DNA from: a virus
Reading direction: 5' to 3' (one strand)
Length of the DNA: 64,000 nucleotides
Virus record (IMG/VR): IMGVR_UViG_3300029822_000001
Coordinates: 1 to 64,000 of that record
The position numbers and the translations under genes were made by a program. Position 1 is the first letter of the stretch, and every line of letters starts with the position of its first letter. The notes under the pieces are model-generated. The model saw nothing but the letters and a program-made list of their open reading frames with translations, was not told where the DNA came from and made no database searches. Below, piece after piece: positions 9,541-18,913 of the stretch.

Positions 9541-10012
9541 AGATATTTATGAGGTTAGCTTAGATTTAGCTCCAATGTCTAATGGGGTACTTGTAGGTAC
9601 TCAAAGCAATTGGAGTGAGGAACAAATTAAGGATAATGAACGGTACATTTTTACGTCAACTCACGAAGGAACTATTCAATTAGGAGAATCTCCTAATAAG
9701 TGGGGACAGACGCATAACCGAGCAATTAGACTAGTAGGCTATGCAGAGGGTACTCATGAACTTAACTTATTACTAGAAAATATTCTAGGGATGGGAAGAA
9801 GTGTTATTGAAGATGGTATTGATATGGAGAATGGTACCAATCCGCAACCTCGGCCAGACCTTAAGTATCCTTACACGTACATGGTAATTTTATGGAACTA
9901 TGGTATGCCAACGGAAAAAGATGGTGTTACTAACTTAAAGTATCTTGTTAATGTTAGATATTTAGATAAAGACTATCTTAAGAATCATAAGTACTCCCAT
10001 GTAACAGATTAG
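9527..10012 (+). CDS. Hypothetical protein, C-terminal part of the split gene
   Basis: In frame with 7377-8071 across the reconstructed junction. Confidence 0.65.
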   Translation: MKPSRDIYEVSLDLAPMSNGVLVGTQSNWSEEQIKDNERYIFTSTHEGTIQLGESPNKWGQTHNRAIRLVGYAEGTHELNLLLENILGMGRSVIEDGIDMENGTNPQPRPDLKYPYTYMVILWNYGMPTEKDGVTNLKYLVNVRYLDKDYLKNHKYSHVTD

Positions 10013-10091
10013 TCAATAGTAGTCAGGTACAATAATTGTGCTTGGCTATTTACATACACTGGAAAGTATGATATAATGAAAACATAAGGAG

Positions 10092-11237
10092 GTGAAGATA
10101 ATGACTTTAAAAGGAATTAAATTACGCATTTACCCTAATCAAGAGCAACAGTTGAAGATTAAATTGAACTTTGGCTATAATCGTTTTGTTTGGAACCAAA
10201 TGTTAGGTATGATGATAAAGCGCTACGAGAATAATCCTAAAGCTAAGTTTCTAAACGTATTTGATTTAAATACTCTTTTACCTACTTTAAAGACTGAGTA
10301 TCCTTGGTTAAAGGATGGAATAGCTCAGTCTTATCAGCAGAGTATCAAGGATTTATCTTTAGCTTATAAAAAGTTCTTTAAGGAGCACGCAGGGTTCCCC
10401 AAGTTTAAGTCTCGGAAGTTTCCCAAGCAAAGCTTTAGGATACCCCAAAAGACTAGATTAGTAGATGACCAGTATATTAAATTTACTAAAATCGGTGTTG
10501 TTAGGTTTAAGTATGGTAGAGTAATTAGAGGAAAGATTAAAAACGCTACAATCAAAAAGTCTTTTACTGGTAAGTATTATGCCGTCTTACTAGTAGATAC
10601 CAATATTAAAAAACTACCTAAAACTAAACAGTCAGTTGGCATCGACATGGGAGTAGCAGATTTAATGATTACTAGTGATGGTATTAAGTATCCAACCATT
10701 CGCTTTGATAAGCTTCTTGCTAAAAATAAGCATTATTGGGAGAAACGGTTAGCTCGTAGAAGACCACAAGCTATGAAAGAAATCGCTTGGGACCATCACA
10801 ATAAAGTAATGGAGCCAAGAGAACTATCTGATTTTAAGAACTATCTTAAAGCCAAGTGTATGGTAGCTAAATATAGCGAAAAGATTGCTAATCAGCGTAG
10901 TAACTATCTTCATAATCTAACCAAGCAGTTAGTCGAGCAATACGATGTGATTAAAATTGAAGATTTGAAAACCAAAAATCTTCTTAAGAATCATAAGCTT
11001 GCTCGTGCAATTGCTAATCAAGCATGGCGAGAAATTAGAAGACAGCTGGAATACAAGTGTACCTGGTATGGGAAACAGTTGGTCACTGTGAACCCAAGGA
11101 AAACCAGTCAAATTTGCAGTAACTGCGGATTTGATGATGGTAAGCACACTTTGGATGTTCGCCAGTGGAAATGTCCTAAATGTGGTATGAACCACGACAG
11201 AGATATCAACGCTGCGAAAAACATCTTAGCTGCTTAA
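10092..11237 (+). CDS. tnpB: RNA-guided endonuclease TnpB (IS200/IS605 type)
   Basis: VGIDMG / KIEDL / HDRDINAA intact; C-terminal half nearly identical to 3574-4722. Confidence 0.95.
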   Translation: MKIMTLKGIKLRIYPNQEQQLKIKLNFGYNRFVWNQMLGMMIKRYENNPKAKFLNVFDLNTLLPTLKTEYPWLKDGIAQSYQQSIKDLSLAYKKFFKEHAGFPKFKSRKFPKQSFRIPQKTRLVDDQYIKFTKIGVVRFKYGRVIRGKIKNATIKKSFTGKYYAVLLVDTNIKKLPKTKQSVGIDMGVADLMITSDGIKYPTIRFDKLLAKNKHYWEKRLARRRPQAMKEIAWDHHNKVMEPRELSDFKNYLKAKCMVAKYSEKIANQRSNYLHNLTKQLVEQYDVIKIEDLKTKNLLKNHKLARAIANQAWREIRRQLEYKCTWYGKQLVTVNPRKTSQICSNCGFDDGKHTLDVRQWKCPKCGMNHDRDINAAKNILAA

Positions 11238-11239
11238 CA

Positions 11240-11386
11240 CAAATGACTAAATTGGGCTGGAACAGCCCTTAGTAAATAGCTGTAACCGCTATCTGACATT
11301 CAATGGATGCTAGACAAGTCAGCGGTGTTCCTAGAAACCTGTGGTTTTAACCATGGTGTAGTTCATTGTAAAATGCTACTTAGAAA
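11240..11386 (+). ncRNA. TnpB omega-RNA D (right end TTCAT 11362-11366; guide TGTAAAATGCTACTTAGAAA)
   Basis: GGGCTGGAACAGCCC hairpin, TAAATAGCTGTAACC, GAAA plus right-end hairpin plus TTCAT. Confidence 0.85.
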
Positions 11387-11453
11387 TTAAACGTGGAGAT
11401 GTTGTAAAATGAACTTAGAAATTAAACGTGGAGACATTGTAAAATGCTACTTA
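11366..11453 (+). repeat. About 36-bp tandem repeat (2.5 copies) spanning the omega-RNA guide and the mazF-like start
   Basis: Units start at 11366, 11402 and 11437. Confidence 0.9.
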
Positions 11454-11765
11454 CCTGGTGAAGGAACCAGTCATGTACAAAGTGGTTACCGTCCCGTAGT
11501 GGTTGTACAAAATAATACTGGAAATAAATTTTCTCCTAATACTATTGTGGTACCTTTAACCTCAGAGAACAAGAAGGACATGCCAACTCATAGTAAATTT
11601 GTTATTCATTATGCAGATAGAGAAGATGTTAATAACATTGCTTTGTGTGAAGCATTAACTACCATCCCAATTAGTTCAATTACCAGTAAGGTAGGACATG
11701 TTAATTATAGCAATATGCATAAAATTGAGCAGGCTATTAGAGTTAGTTTGGGGTTGAATGAATAA
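11409..11765 (+). CDS. PemK/MazF-family endoribonuclease toxin
   Basis: IKRGDIV, QSGYRPVVVVQNN.GN..SP..IVVPLTS motif. Confidence 0.9.
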   Translation: MNLEIKRGDIVKCYLPGEGTSHVQSGYRPVVVVQNNTGNKFSPNTIVVPLTSENKKDMPTHSKFVIHYADREDVNNIALCEALTTIPISSITSKVGHVNYSNMHKIEQAIRVSLGLNE

Positions 11766-13537
11766 TGATACTTAAAGTACATACCAATATAACTAGGGTA
11801 GAATTTGACAAGGAAGATGAACTTGAAGCAAAAAGTTTGGAATCCGTTATTCACAAAGGTATTGATGTACTAGACCCTAATAGGTACAATTCCTCAGCCT
11901 TTAGAATACACCATACTTGGGATGGTTATACTAAAATGTACAATTTCAAAGAACACTACTTTCCTAATGGATTGTATGATTTAGCAATCAATGCTTTAAA
12001 AAGCTATCAAAGGAATCATGAGGTATCTTTACGTATTGAGGACCATCGACAGGTACCTATTATTGAACCCTATGAGGCTATTCCTGATGTTCAAAAGGTA
12101 ACCCTTGGTGATAAGACTATTACTCCTAGAGAAGACCAGATTAAGGCTGTTAGGGCAGCATTTGACCAGCAGCGAGGGTTAATTGATAGTGCTACTAACT
12201 CAGGTAAGACTTTAATTGCTTCCTTGATACTTAAATATGCCAACTCCGATGGTAAATTCCTTTTTATTGCCCCTTCGGCTAATGTTATGAATCAGGCAAA
12301 GAAGACTTTTGAAGCTATCACTGGTGAAGAAGTAGGTACTTGGCAGGGAGACCATATAGACATTAAGAGAATAACTTGTGTCATGGCTAAAACCCTTGCT
12401 AACCGATTAAAGGACCCTTCTGCAGGAATAAAGCTAACAGGTAAGCAGGATATTGAGAATAAGCAGATAGCAACTAACTATACTCCTTTGTTTAAGAATG
12501 TACCTAACACACGGCAAGCAGTTTTAAACTACTTTTCTCACTACATTCCAAAGCACAAATATGAGCATGACCAGATTAAAATGATATGTCGGTTTGCTAA
12601 AGAGTGCAATAGCGACCTCAGTATGCAGGCTTATCTTAACCAATTTGATAAGGATTATCATAAGGCTTTATACAAACATGGTAAAAAGAAGTATGACCAA
12701 TACTATTTTGCTAGAGACTATCTGAAAACTGTTACAATAACTATTGTTGATGAGTGTCATAAGGCAGCTTCAGAGGGTTACCAGTCTATATTTAGACACC
12801 TAGATAATTCTCAAATGATGATTGGATTAAGTGGTTCCATTCGTCCTGAACAAGTAACTAGATATCACATGATTAAAGCCTACTTGGGGGTACCTATCAC
12901 TAAGATTCGTAATTATCTCATGATTGAAGAAGGGGTCAGTGCTACTCCTCATATCAAGGAGCTATCTATTAGTGAGCCTAAAGACCTAGATAAATTAGTT
13001 CAACCGGAACTAAGTCAAGGAAAAGCAACGCCACTAAGACAGTATCAATTAGAGTACAAGTATGGTGTTATTGAAAATGACTATCGTAATCGTAAGATTG
13101 CTGAACTAGCTAAAATGTGCTATAACCTAGATAAAGGTGCTTGCCTAATAGTTGTTAATTCAATTGAACATGGGGAACATATTGGTGATATGTTGGAAGA
13201 ACTGGAGGTACCTTATACCTTTCTCAAGGGTAGCGATGATACAGAAACACGTCAAAAAACTTTAGATGCTACTAAAGATGGTACTTTAAGGGTACTATTA
13301 GCGACTAAGATTATTGATGAAGGACTAGATACCCCTAACTTGCAATTTTTGATTTATGCTTCAGCAGGCTCATCACCTATTCAACTGTTACAACGAATTG
13401 GACGTATCCTTCGGCTAGGTAAGAACAAAAAAGATGTTTTTGTTTATGATATTGTTGACAAAACTAGTAAATTCTTGTACAATCAAGCTAAATCTCGTCA
13501 TAAGATATATGTAGAGGAGAAATTTGATATCATTTGA
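11765..13537 (+). CDS. Superfamily 2 DNA helicase
   Basis: ATNSGKT, IVDECH, GLSGS, IIDEGLD, QRIGRILR. Confidence 0.92.
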   Translation: MILKVHTNITRVEFDKEDELEAKSLESVIHKGIDVLDPNRYNSSAFRIHHTWDGYTKMYNFKEHYFPNGLYDLAINALKSYQRNHEVSLRIEDHRQVPIIEPYEAIPDVQKVTLGDKTITPREDQIKAVRAAFDQQRGLIDSATNSGKTLIASLILKYANSDGKFLFIAPSANVMNQAKKTFEAITGEEVGTWQGDHIDIKRITCVMAKTLANRLKDPSAGIKLTGKQDIENKQIATNYTPLFKNVPNTRQAVLNYFSHYIPKHKYEHDQIKMICRFAKECNSDLSMQAYLNQFDKDYHKALYKHGKKKYDQYYFARDYLKTVTITIVDECHKAASEGYQSIFRHLDNSQMMIGLSGSIRPEQVTRYHMIKAYLGVPITKIRNYLMIEEGVSATPHIKELSISEPKDLDKLVQPELSQGKATPLRQYQLEYKYGVIENDYRNRKIAELAKMCYNLDKGACLIVVNSIEHGEHIGDMLEELEVPYTFLKGSDDTETRQKTLDATKDGTLRVLLATKIIDEGLDTPNLQFLIYASAGSSPIQLLQRIGRILRLGKNKKDVFVYDIVDKTSKFLYNQAKSRHKIYVEEKFDII

Positions 13538-13581
13538 TATACTTTCTTTTGAAACATTGCCCGATGTACTCATAAAGAAGC

Positions 13582-13786
13582 TTGACAAATAAATAATATA
13601 TGATATACTATAATTGTTAGCGAAAACCAAGCTAATAAATAAAAAATTATCTAGGTTCGGAACGAACCGTGGTAAATAGCTGTAACCTCTGCATATAGTG
13701 CTAGACACTATTGTGTAAGTATGCAGTGTTCCCAGAAGCTCGGTCATTCATGACCGAGTAGTTCACATCATGAAATAAAAATTTCA
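13582..13786 (+). ncRNA. Stand-alone omega-RNA cassette E (promoter, scaffold, guide ATCATGAAATAAAAATTTCA)
   Basis: TTGACA(13582)-N16-TATACT, GAAAACCAA leader hairpin, scaffold, right end TTCAC at 13762-13766; no tnpB and no left-end hairpin seen. Confidence 0.85.
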
Positions 13787-13833
13787 CACTCCAGCAGCTA
13801 TCTCAAAGGGACTATAAAACTAAGGGTACAAAC

Positions 13834-13866
13834 AAAAAAGGGACCAGGTATCTACTGGTCCCTTTT
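13834..13866 (+). terminator. Intrinsic terminator
   Basis: AAAAAAGGGACCAG-GTATCTA-CTGGTCCCTTTT. Confidence 0.75.
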
Positions 13867-13933
13867 ATATTACCTTTAGAGGTCAAAAGTGTGTTAAACT
13901 AGTAAATAAGATACAATTCAGGGGGCGTTACGT

Positions 13934-14371
13934 ATGAAAGAATCTCAGCAAGCTGAAAGCGAAGAAAATGAATTAGCTAGGGTATATGCTTATCTAAAAA
14001 TTGCTAGTAAGTTGTACAAAAATCGCACAAATAGAGACCTAGTTAAAGATGTTATTAATGATAACTACTTCCAAGAAAAAGGTACTGTGAAATCTAAGGA
14101 AGAGTACATCGACGAGGATTTAGCTAACTTGGTATACTTCCATCTAAATTCAGTGATGTACACGGTAGAGCTTGGTATCATTGATGGCTCATGTATCAAA
14201 TTATCTGTTAGAAGTATGCCTAACAAGTCTGAAGATATTATTGATAGTTTGTACAAGAGTGATGGTATCTTAAAGATAACTCCTCAGGGAACCCATTCAA
14301 CAGTAGGAGTCCCAACTGAAAATATAACTAGTATTATTGTACATGAAGGCGACCAAAAAGATGACGAATGA
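13934..14371 (+). CDS. Hypothetical protein
   Basis: 145 aa ORF with RBS. Confidence 0.6.
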   Translation: MKESQQAESEENELARVYAYLKIASKLYKNRTNRDLVKDVINDNYFQEKGTVKSKEEYIDEDLANLVYFHLNSVMYTVELGIIDGSCIKLSVRSMPNKSEDIIDSLYKSDGILKITPQGTHSTVGVPTENITSIIVHEGDQKDDE

Positions 14372-15122
14372 ATTACATCATCGTAAGTATAAAGAAGTTA
14401 AAGGTATTATTGAGCAACAAGTACCTTTACTACTAGTGGGACCTGCTGGTTCTGGTAAAAATGTGGTACTGGAACAAGTAGCTAAAGATTTAGGGAAAGA
14501 CTTTTATTTTACTAATGCTGTTACTGAAGAGTATAAATTAACTGGGTTTATTGATGCTTCGGGTACCTATCAGGAGACTCAATTTTACCAAGCTTTTACT
14601 AAGGGAGGTATCTTTTTCTTAGACGAAATGGATGCTTCGGTACCAGAGGCTTTAGTTATACTAAATGCTGCAATTGCTAATCGTTACTTTAATTTTCCTA
14701 ATGGTAAAGCTCAAGCACATCCTGATTTTACGGTAGTGGCTGCTGCTAATACAACCGGTAGAGGGGCTGACCAGCAGTATACAGGACGTCATATACTAGA
14801 TGCTGCTACATTGGACAGGTTTGTACTGCTAGACTTTAATTATGATGAAGAACTAGAGAAAAAGCTTAGTGACGATACAGAATTAGTAGAGTTTGTACAG
14901 GCTTGTCGTCATGTACTAGCAGATAAAGAAATAGATTATCCTATCTCTATGAGAGCGGTAGTCAATGGTAGTAAACTTGAAAAGGTGCTAAATACCTTAG
15001 AAATTGTTAACTATGTTGTACTAAAGGGTATGACAACAAGTACCAAACAGCTAATTGCTGCTAACTTAAATGATACAGAAAATAAATACGTAAATGTGCT
15101 TAAAATGTTATTCAAAGAGTAG
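14337..15122 (+). CDS. MoxR/CbbQ/CobS-like AAA+ ATPase
   Basis: GPAGSGK, FFLDEMD, AAANT.G.G, LDAATLDRF. Confidence 0.88.
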   Translation: MYMKATKKMTNELHHRKYKEVKGIIEQQVPLLLVGPAGSGKNVVLEQVAKDLGKDFYFTNAVTEEYKLTGFIDASGTYQETQFYQAFTKGGIFFLDEMDASVPEALVILNAAIANRYFNFPNGKAQAHPDFTVVAAANTTGRGADQQYTGRHILDAATLDRFVLLDFNYDEELEKKLSDDTELVEFVQACRHVLADKEIDYPISMRAVVNGSKLEKVLNTLEIVNYVVLKGMTTSTKQLIAANLNDTENKYVNVLKMLFKE

Positions 15123-15133
15123 TACAGTGTGCT

Positions 15134-15346
15134 TTGGGGGCAGTTATCATGTATATGCTATTTATTAGTCAAGACACAAATAAGCTGTATGCTATCAGGG
15201 AACAGGCGAGTTTAAGCAAGGTTAAAAGCAATGACCCTATTTTAGGTATGTATGATTCCCCTTCTGAGGTACCCTTGCTACTTGATAACTTCTTAGCGGA
15301 AAACCCAGAGGTGACTCTTGATGATACACAAGTTCATTATAAATAA
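15134..15346 (+). CDS. Hypothetical protein
   Basis: Short ORF within the operon. Confidence 0.45.
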   Translation: MGAVIMYMLFISQDTNKLYAIREQASLSKVKSNDPILGMYDSPSEVPLLLDNFLAENPEVTLDDTQVHYK

Positions 15347-16085
15347 CATTAGTGACTTGTACAGCCAGCTAAATGAGACGCCTTTAGTACCTTATGCTTC
15401 CTCTAGGGATACTGATGATAATTCCTGGTATGGTACACCTAACTATGAATCTTCGGTACAGTTACTTAAAAAAGGGGACCAAGCAAGTTTTAATCAAATT
15501 AAGGAAGCACAAGGAAAGTACCAAGTTATGACTAACTTTGATACTAAAAGTAGTACTGTAAGAGACCTTGTTGGTAGTAACCCTTGTGTACCAGCTTATA
15601 TATTAGGTATTCCCAAAAACATGTACCGACATGTACCTGTGTCTAATCCAGTACCCTCAGTAACGTTAGTGTACGACAGAGGGATGGCTAGTCGCTACGA
15701 TTCAGGGGTACTGGCGGATGATGGTGTTTTTATTGCAGAGTATATTAAACAGCTAGAAATACATGGTATAGCTACTAGATTGTACATTGGGGTAAGCTGT
15801 TACTACTATGGTAATTATTACGTTACAATGACTAGATTTAAGGACTATAACGAGAGGATGCTATTGTACCCTTTAGCGTACCCCTTAGTTAACCCCTCTT
15901 TTTTGCGAAGAACTACTTTTCAATTGTATGAGTCTTTACCAGAATTTGTTGTTTTAACCAGTAATGGCTATGGAAAAGATACTCATCATCGAGAACGCAT
16001 AGCTAGTATTAAACAGGTTATTAAAGATAGTAAGGTATTGGTACTTAATCACAATGAAATAACTAGGATGAAAAGTAAAAAATAA
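15318..16085 (+). CDS. Probable vWA/CobT-like partner of the AAA ATPase
   Basis: Adjacent to the MoxR ATPase; CVPAYILG.P..M and LVNPSFLRR motifs. Confidence 0.55.
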   Translation: MMIHKFIINNISDLYSQLNETPLVPYASSRDTDDNSWYGTPNYESSVQLLKKGDQASFNQIKEAQGKYQVMTNFDTKSSTVRDLVGSNPCVPAYILGIPKNMYRHVPVSNPVPSVTLVYDRGMASRYDSGVLADDGVFIAEYIKQLEIHGIATRLYIGVSCYYYGNYYVTMTRFKDYNERMLLYPLAYPLVNPSFLRRTTFQLYESLPEFVVLTSNGYGKDTHHRERIASIKQVIKDSKVLVLNHNEITRMKSKK

Positions 16086-16163
16086 ACTTGACAATGGATA
16101 CTTTAGGTGGTAGTATTTAAGTATACTTTGGTTATGCAAGCTGGTTATCAACCAGTAGTATCT

Positions 16164-16236
16164 GTACCCTTAGCTCAATGGATAGAGCAACAGCCTTCTA
16201 AACTTTAGGTTGTGGGTTAGATACCTACAGAGTGCA
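16164..16236 (+). pseudogene. Degenerate tRNA-Arg(TCT)
   Basis: Intact D arm (TAGCTCAATGGATAGAGC) and loop CTTCTAA, but mispaired anticodon stem and TTAGATA T loop. Confidence 0.65.
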
Positions 16237-16253
16237 TTAACTATAAAAGAAAG

Positions 16254-16769
16254 TTGGAGACTATATTGGACAAGCGTATGGAAGTTAGAAGTACTGCAAA
16301 GATTTATTTGGCAACTCCATGGTTTAACCCAGAACAAAAAGAACGAGTAGGTAAGGCAAGTAGCTTATTATCTTGTAACCCTACAATAGCTATTGTACAT
16401 TTTCCTTTTGACTATCAGTACAAAGATGCAACCATTGATAATCAGGACGGTGTATTTGGTAGCTTAGAATGGCAAGTAGCGACGTACCAAAATGACTTGT
16501 CCGCTATGGGTACTTCAGACTGTGGGGTATTCCTGTACGATTTAGACAATGTGGATGATGGTACGGCCTTTGAAATCGGGTACATGCGTTCTTTAGGAAA
16601 GCCTGCTATCGTAGTTACTTTTTCACATAAGGAAGATGTAAAGGTTAACTTAATGATTGCTAGAGGGGCTACTGCTTTTATTGACGGGGATACTGATTTG
16701 GAACAGTTAGCTAGTTACGATTTCAATCATTTTCCATCTAACCCTGTATGTACACATGAGGTATTCTGA
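16254..16769 (+). CDS. Nucleoside 2-deoxyribosyltransferase
   Basis: IYLATPWF, ND...M, DDGTAFEIGY. Confidence 0.92.
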   Translation: METILDKRMEVRSTAKIYLATPWFNPEQKERVGKASSLLSCNPTIAIVHFPFDYQYKDATIDNQDGVFGSLEWQVATYQNDLSAMGTSDCGVFLYDLDNVDDGTAFEIGYMRSLGKPAIVVTFSHKEDVKVNLMIARGATAFIDGDTDLEQLASYDFNHFPSNPVCTHEVF

Positions 16770-17368
16770 TGGGAAAAATCTTTTATTATTATGGAACAAT
16801 GAAGTCTTCCAAGACTGCTAACCTTTTGATGGTGTACCATAATTATACTGAAAAGGGTATTAAGCCTATTTTAGTTAAGCCACAGTCTGATACTCGTTCA
16901 GGAGAAAAAACAATTGCAAGCCGAGTAGGTATTAGTGAAGAGGCTGACTATGTAATTCCCGGTGATTTATCTGATTACTCTGATTGGGTACATGAACTTG
17001 TTGGGGATGCTTATGATAATAACCGTCCGGTACTAATTGATGAATGCCAATTTTTATCCCCTGTTTTTGTAAACAAGTTGTGTGACTCTGCTGACGGCTT
17101 AACCATTATGGCTTATGGACTATTAACTAATTTTGGGGGCAACCTGTTTGATGGTTCAAAGGCATGGGTTGAACGAACTGATAGTATTAGAGAAATTAAA
17201 ACCATTTGTGACTATTGTGGAAAAAAGGCAACACATAACTTGTTACTGGTAGATGGTAAGCCTACGTTTGATACCTCTAAGGGTGATGTAGTTATTGGAG
17301 ATACTAATTATAAGGTAGTATGCTCAGACCATTGGACTAAATTTAAGGCTGATGAATCCAATAATTAG
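16769..17368 (+). CDS. tdk: Thymidine kinase
   Basis: YGTMKSSKT, DTRSG, LIDECQF, AYGL.T.F, C..C zinc lasso. Confidence 0.93.
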   Translation: MGKIFYYYGTMKSSKTANLLMVYHNYTEKGIKPILVKPQSDTRSGEKTIASRVGISEEADYVIPGDLSDYSDWVHELVGDAYDNNRPVLIDECQFLSPVFVNKLCDSADGLTIMAYGLLTNFGGNLFDGSKAWVERTDSIREIKTICDYCGKKATHNLLLVDGKPTFDTSKGDVVIGDTNYKVVCSDHWTKFKADESNN

Positions 17369-17585
17369 GTACAGAAGGTGTACAACACATAGGATAAGCA
17401 AGGGGAATATTAACATGCTAAGATATTTGTATTATGGGTTGTACTATCTTGTTCTTTCAGTAGTACTACTGTTTGCAGGTATTGTTGGATTAATTGTTAT
17501 AATTCCTGTGTACCACCATTTAAACAAAGGCAACACCTGGTGGCAGTCTTCAAAGTCAGCTGTTTATGACCTTTGGTGGGGGTAA
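17352..17585 (+). CDS. Small membrane protein (probable start at internal MLRYLYY)
   Basis: Hydrophobic stretch; AAGGGG RBS before the internal ATG. Confidence 0.5.
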   Translation: MNPIIRYRRCTTHRISKGNINMLRYLYYGLYYLVLSVVLLFAGIVGLIVIIPVYHHLNKGNTWWQSSKSAVYDLWWG

Positions 17586-17623
17586 CTATGGACTTTAAAG
17601 GATAGGATACTAATAAAAGGATA

Positions 17624-18253
17624 ATGGAGAAATTAATTATGAAAAAATTAACTAAAACTGCTCTTGTACTTGGAACTGCTGGAGTGATTGGACTGGCTGG
17701 ATTTGGTACTTACACTTTGGCGGATGACTTCTGGGCTGGTCATAATAATATGGTTCAAACAAATGCCGACATCGACCAATTGGGTACAATCATTAAAGAC
17801 AAAAGTACTCAACTGACAAAAGCTAAAAGCGATTTAGCGGATGCACAAAAGCAGTTAAAAGATGCTCAAAACAGTCAAGATGGTTTACAGTCTAAGCTGA
17901 CAGATGCACAAAACCAACTCAAGTCTGTACAAGGTCAGCTCAAGCAAGCGCAAGACCAACAGAAATCTGACCAAAATAGTTTCAATCAACAATTACAAAC
18001 TAAGCAACAAGAAATTCAAGAGAAGATTAAGGAAATCCAGCAAGCTATTGCCGACGGAAATCAAAAAGTTGCTGATAAGCAAAAAGAAGTTGACCAAGCC
18101 AATCAACAGATTTCCAATTTGAATAGTAAAATTAACGACCTGACCAATCAAGCCAACTCAAATAATAGAAACAATCAAGACCTTTCTCAAGCTATTCGTG
18201 AAGCACAACAAACACGCGAACATGCAGATAGTGTTCTAAACAGTTCAAAATAG
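17624..18253 (+). CDS. Secreted coiled-coil protein
   Basis: Signal peptide followed by Q/K-rich heptads. Confidence 0.75.
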   Translation: MEKLIMKKLTKTALVLGTAGVIGLAGFGTYTLADDFWAGHNNMVQTNADIDQLGTIIKDKSTQLTKAKSDLADAQKQLKDAQNSQDGLQSKLTDAQNQLKSVQGQLKQAQDQQKSDQNSFNQQLQTKQQEIQEKIKEIQQAIADGNQKVADKQKEVDQANQQISNLNSKINDLTNQANSNNRNNQDLSQAIREAQQTREHADSVLNSSK

Positions 18254-18400
18254 GAAGTAAATATCTTATGTGATTTTTGATGGTTTTGATTGACAAAGTA
18301 GTTCACTAGTGGTACACTGTTTCATGTAGGAGGAAGTAACCTACCAGGTAAACTTGATGATGATTAAGGGGAGTTGGTCACTCCCCCTATACATAATAAT

Positions 18401-18566
18401 GTGGACATTACCCAAGGTTGTTAGGAAAGTCCTTAAAAAAGCGAGGTAAATATACTGAGACCTCTATTAATGTACTATTGTTAACAAGTCTTGTACTTCC
18501 CTTGAAACTCTTGCAAATTTAATAGGGTACGACCCTACTTGTTTGACAAGGGTACAACATCCACCA
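18401..18566 (+). ncRNA. Candidate small RNA with paired ends, terminating in CCA
   Basis: GTGGA/TCCAC and TACCC/GGGTA end-to-end pairing; downstream of a TTGACA promoter near 18291; no ORF. Confidence 0.35.
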
Positions 18567-18759
18567 TGATAGAGATATTAATGCAGCTAAAAATATTCTG
18601 GATACTTCCTTGACAATAGAAAATTAGTGTGGTATACTTATACTGTACCAGAGATTGGTAGTAGTACCAAGTGGTACCTATAAAAATACTAACTAAGAAA
18701 AAGGTTGACAAATAAGTAAAATGTGGTATACTTATTAAGTACTAGAAAGTACCATGTAT

Positions 18760-18911
18760 TGCCTCCAGTAAAATAATCTATTGTGAATATAAACAGGCTT
18801 GTACGATAGGTAAAAAGTGGCGGACGTATATCCTCGCGTGAAGAGATTGTGTGCCTGTTCAAGACTTAGGCAATCCGCAAAGCTACCTCACTTAATTGGT
18901 TACATGGTAGC
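18760..18911 (+). ncRNA. Unidentified pseudoknotted RNA, copy 1
   Basis: Shares TAAACAGG, AAAAAGTGGC, CCTGTTCAAGAC.TAGG and ACTTA.T.GGTTAC blocks plus covarying stems with 20074-20221. Confidence 0.65.
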
Positions 18912-18913
18912 AA

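Noticed and set aside
3574-11237. Nuclease-dead TnpB (TldR-type repressors)
   Set aside because: All three TnpBs retain the RuvC D, E and D catalytic residues.
18401-18566. tmRNA
   Set aside because: The ends resemble tmRNA, but it is far too short, has no tag ORF and has no T arm adjacent to the acceptor.
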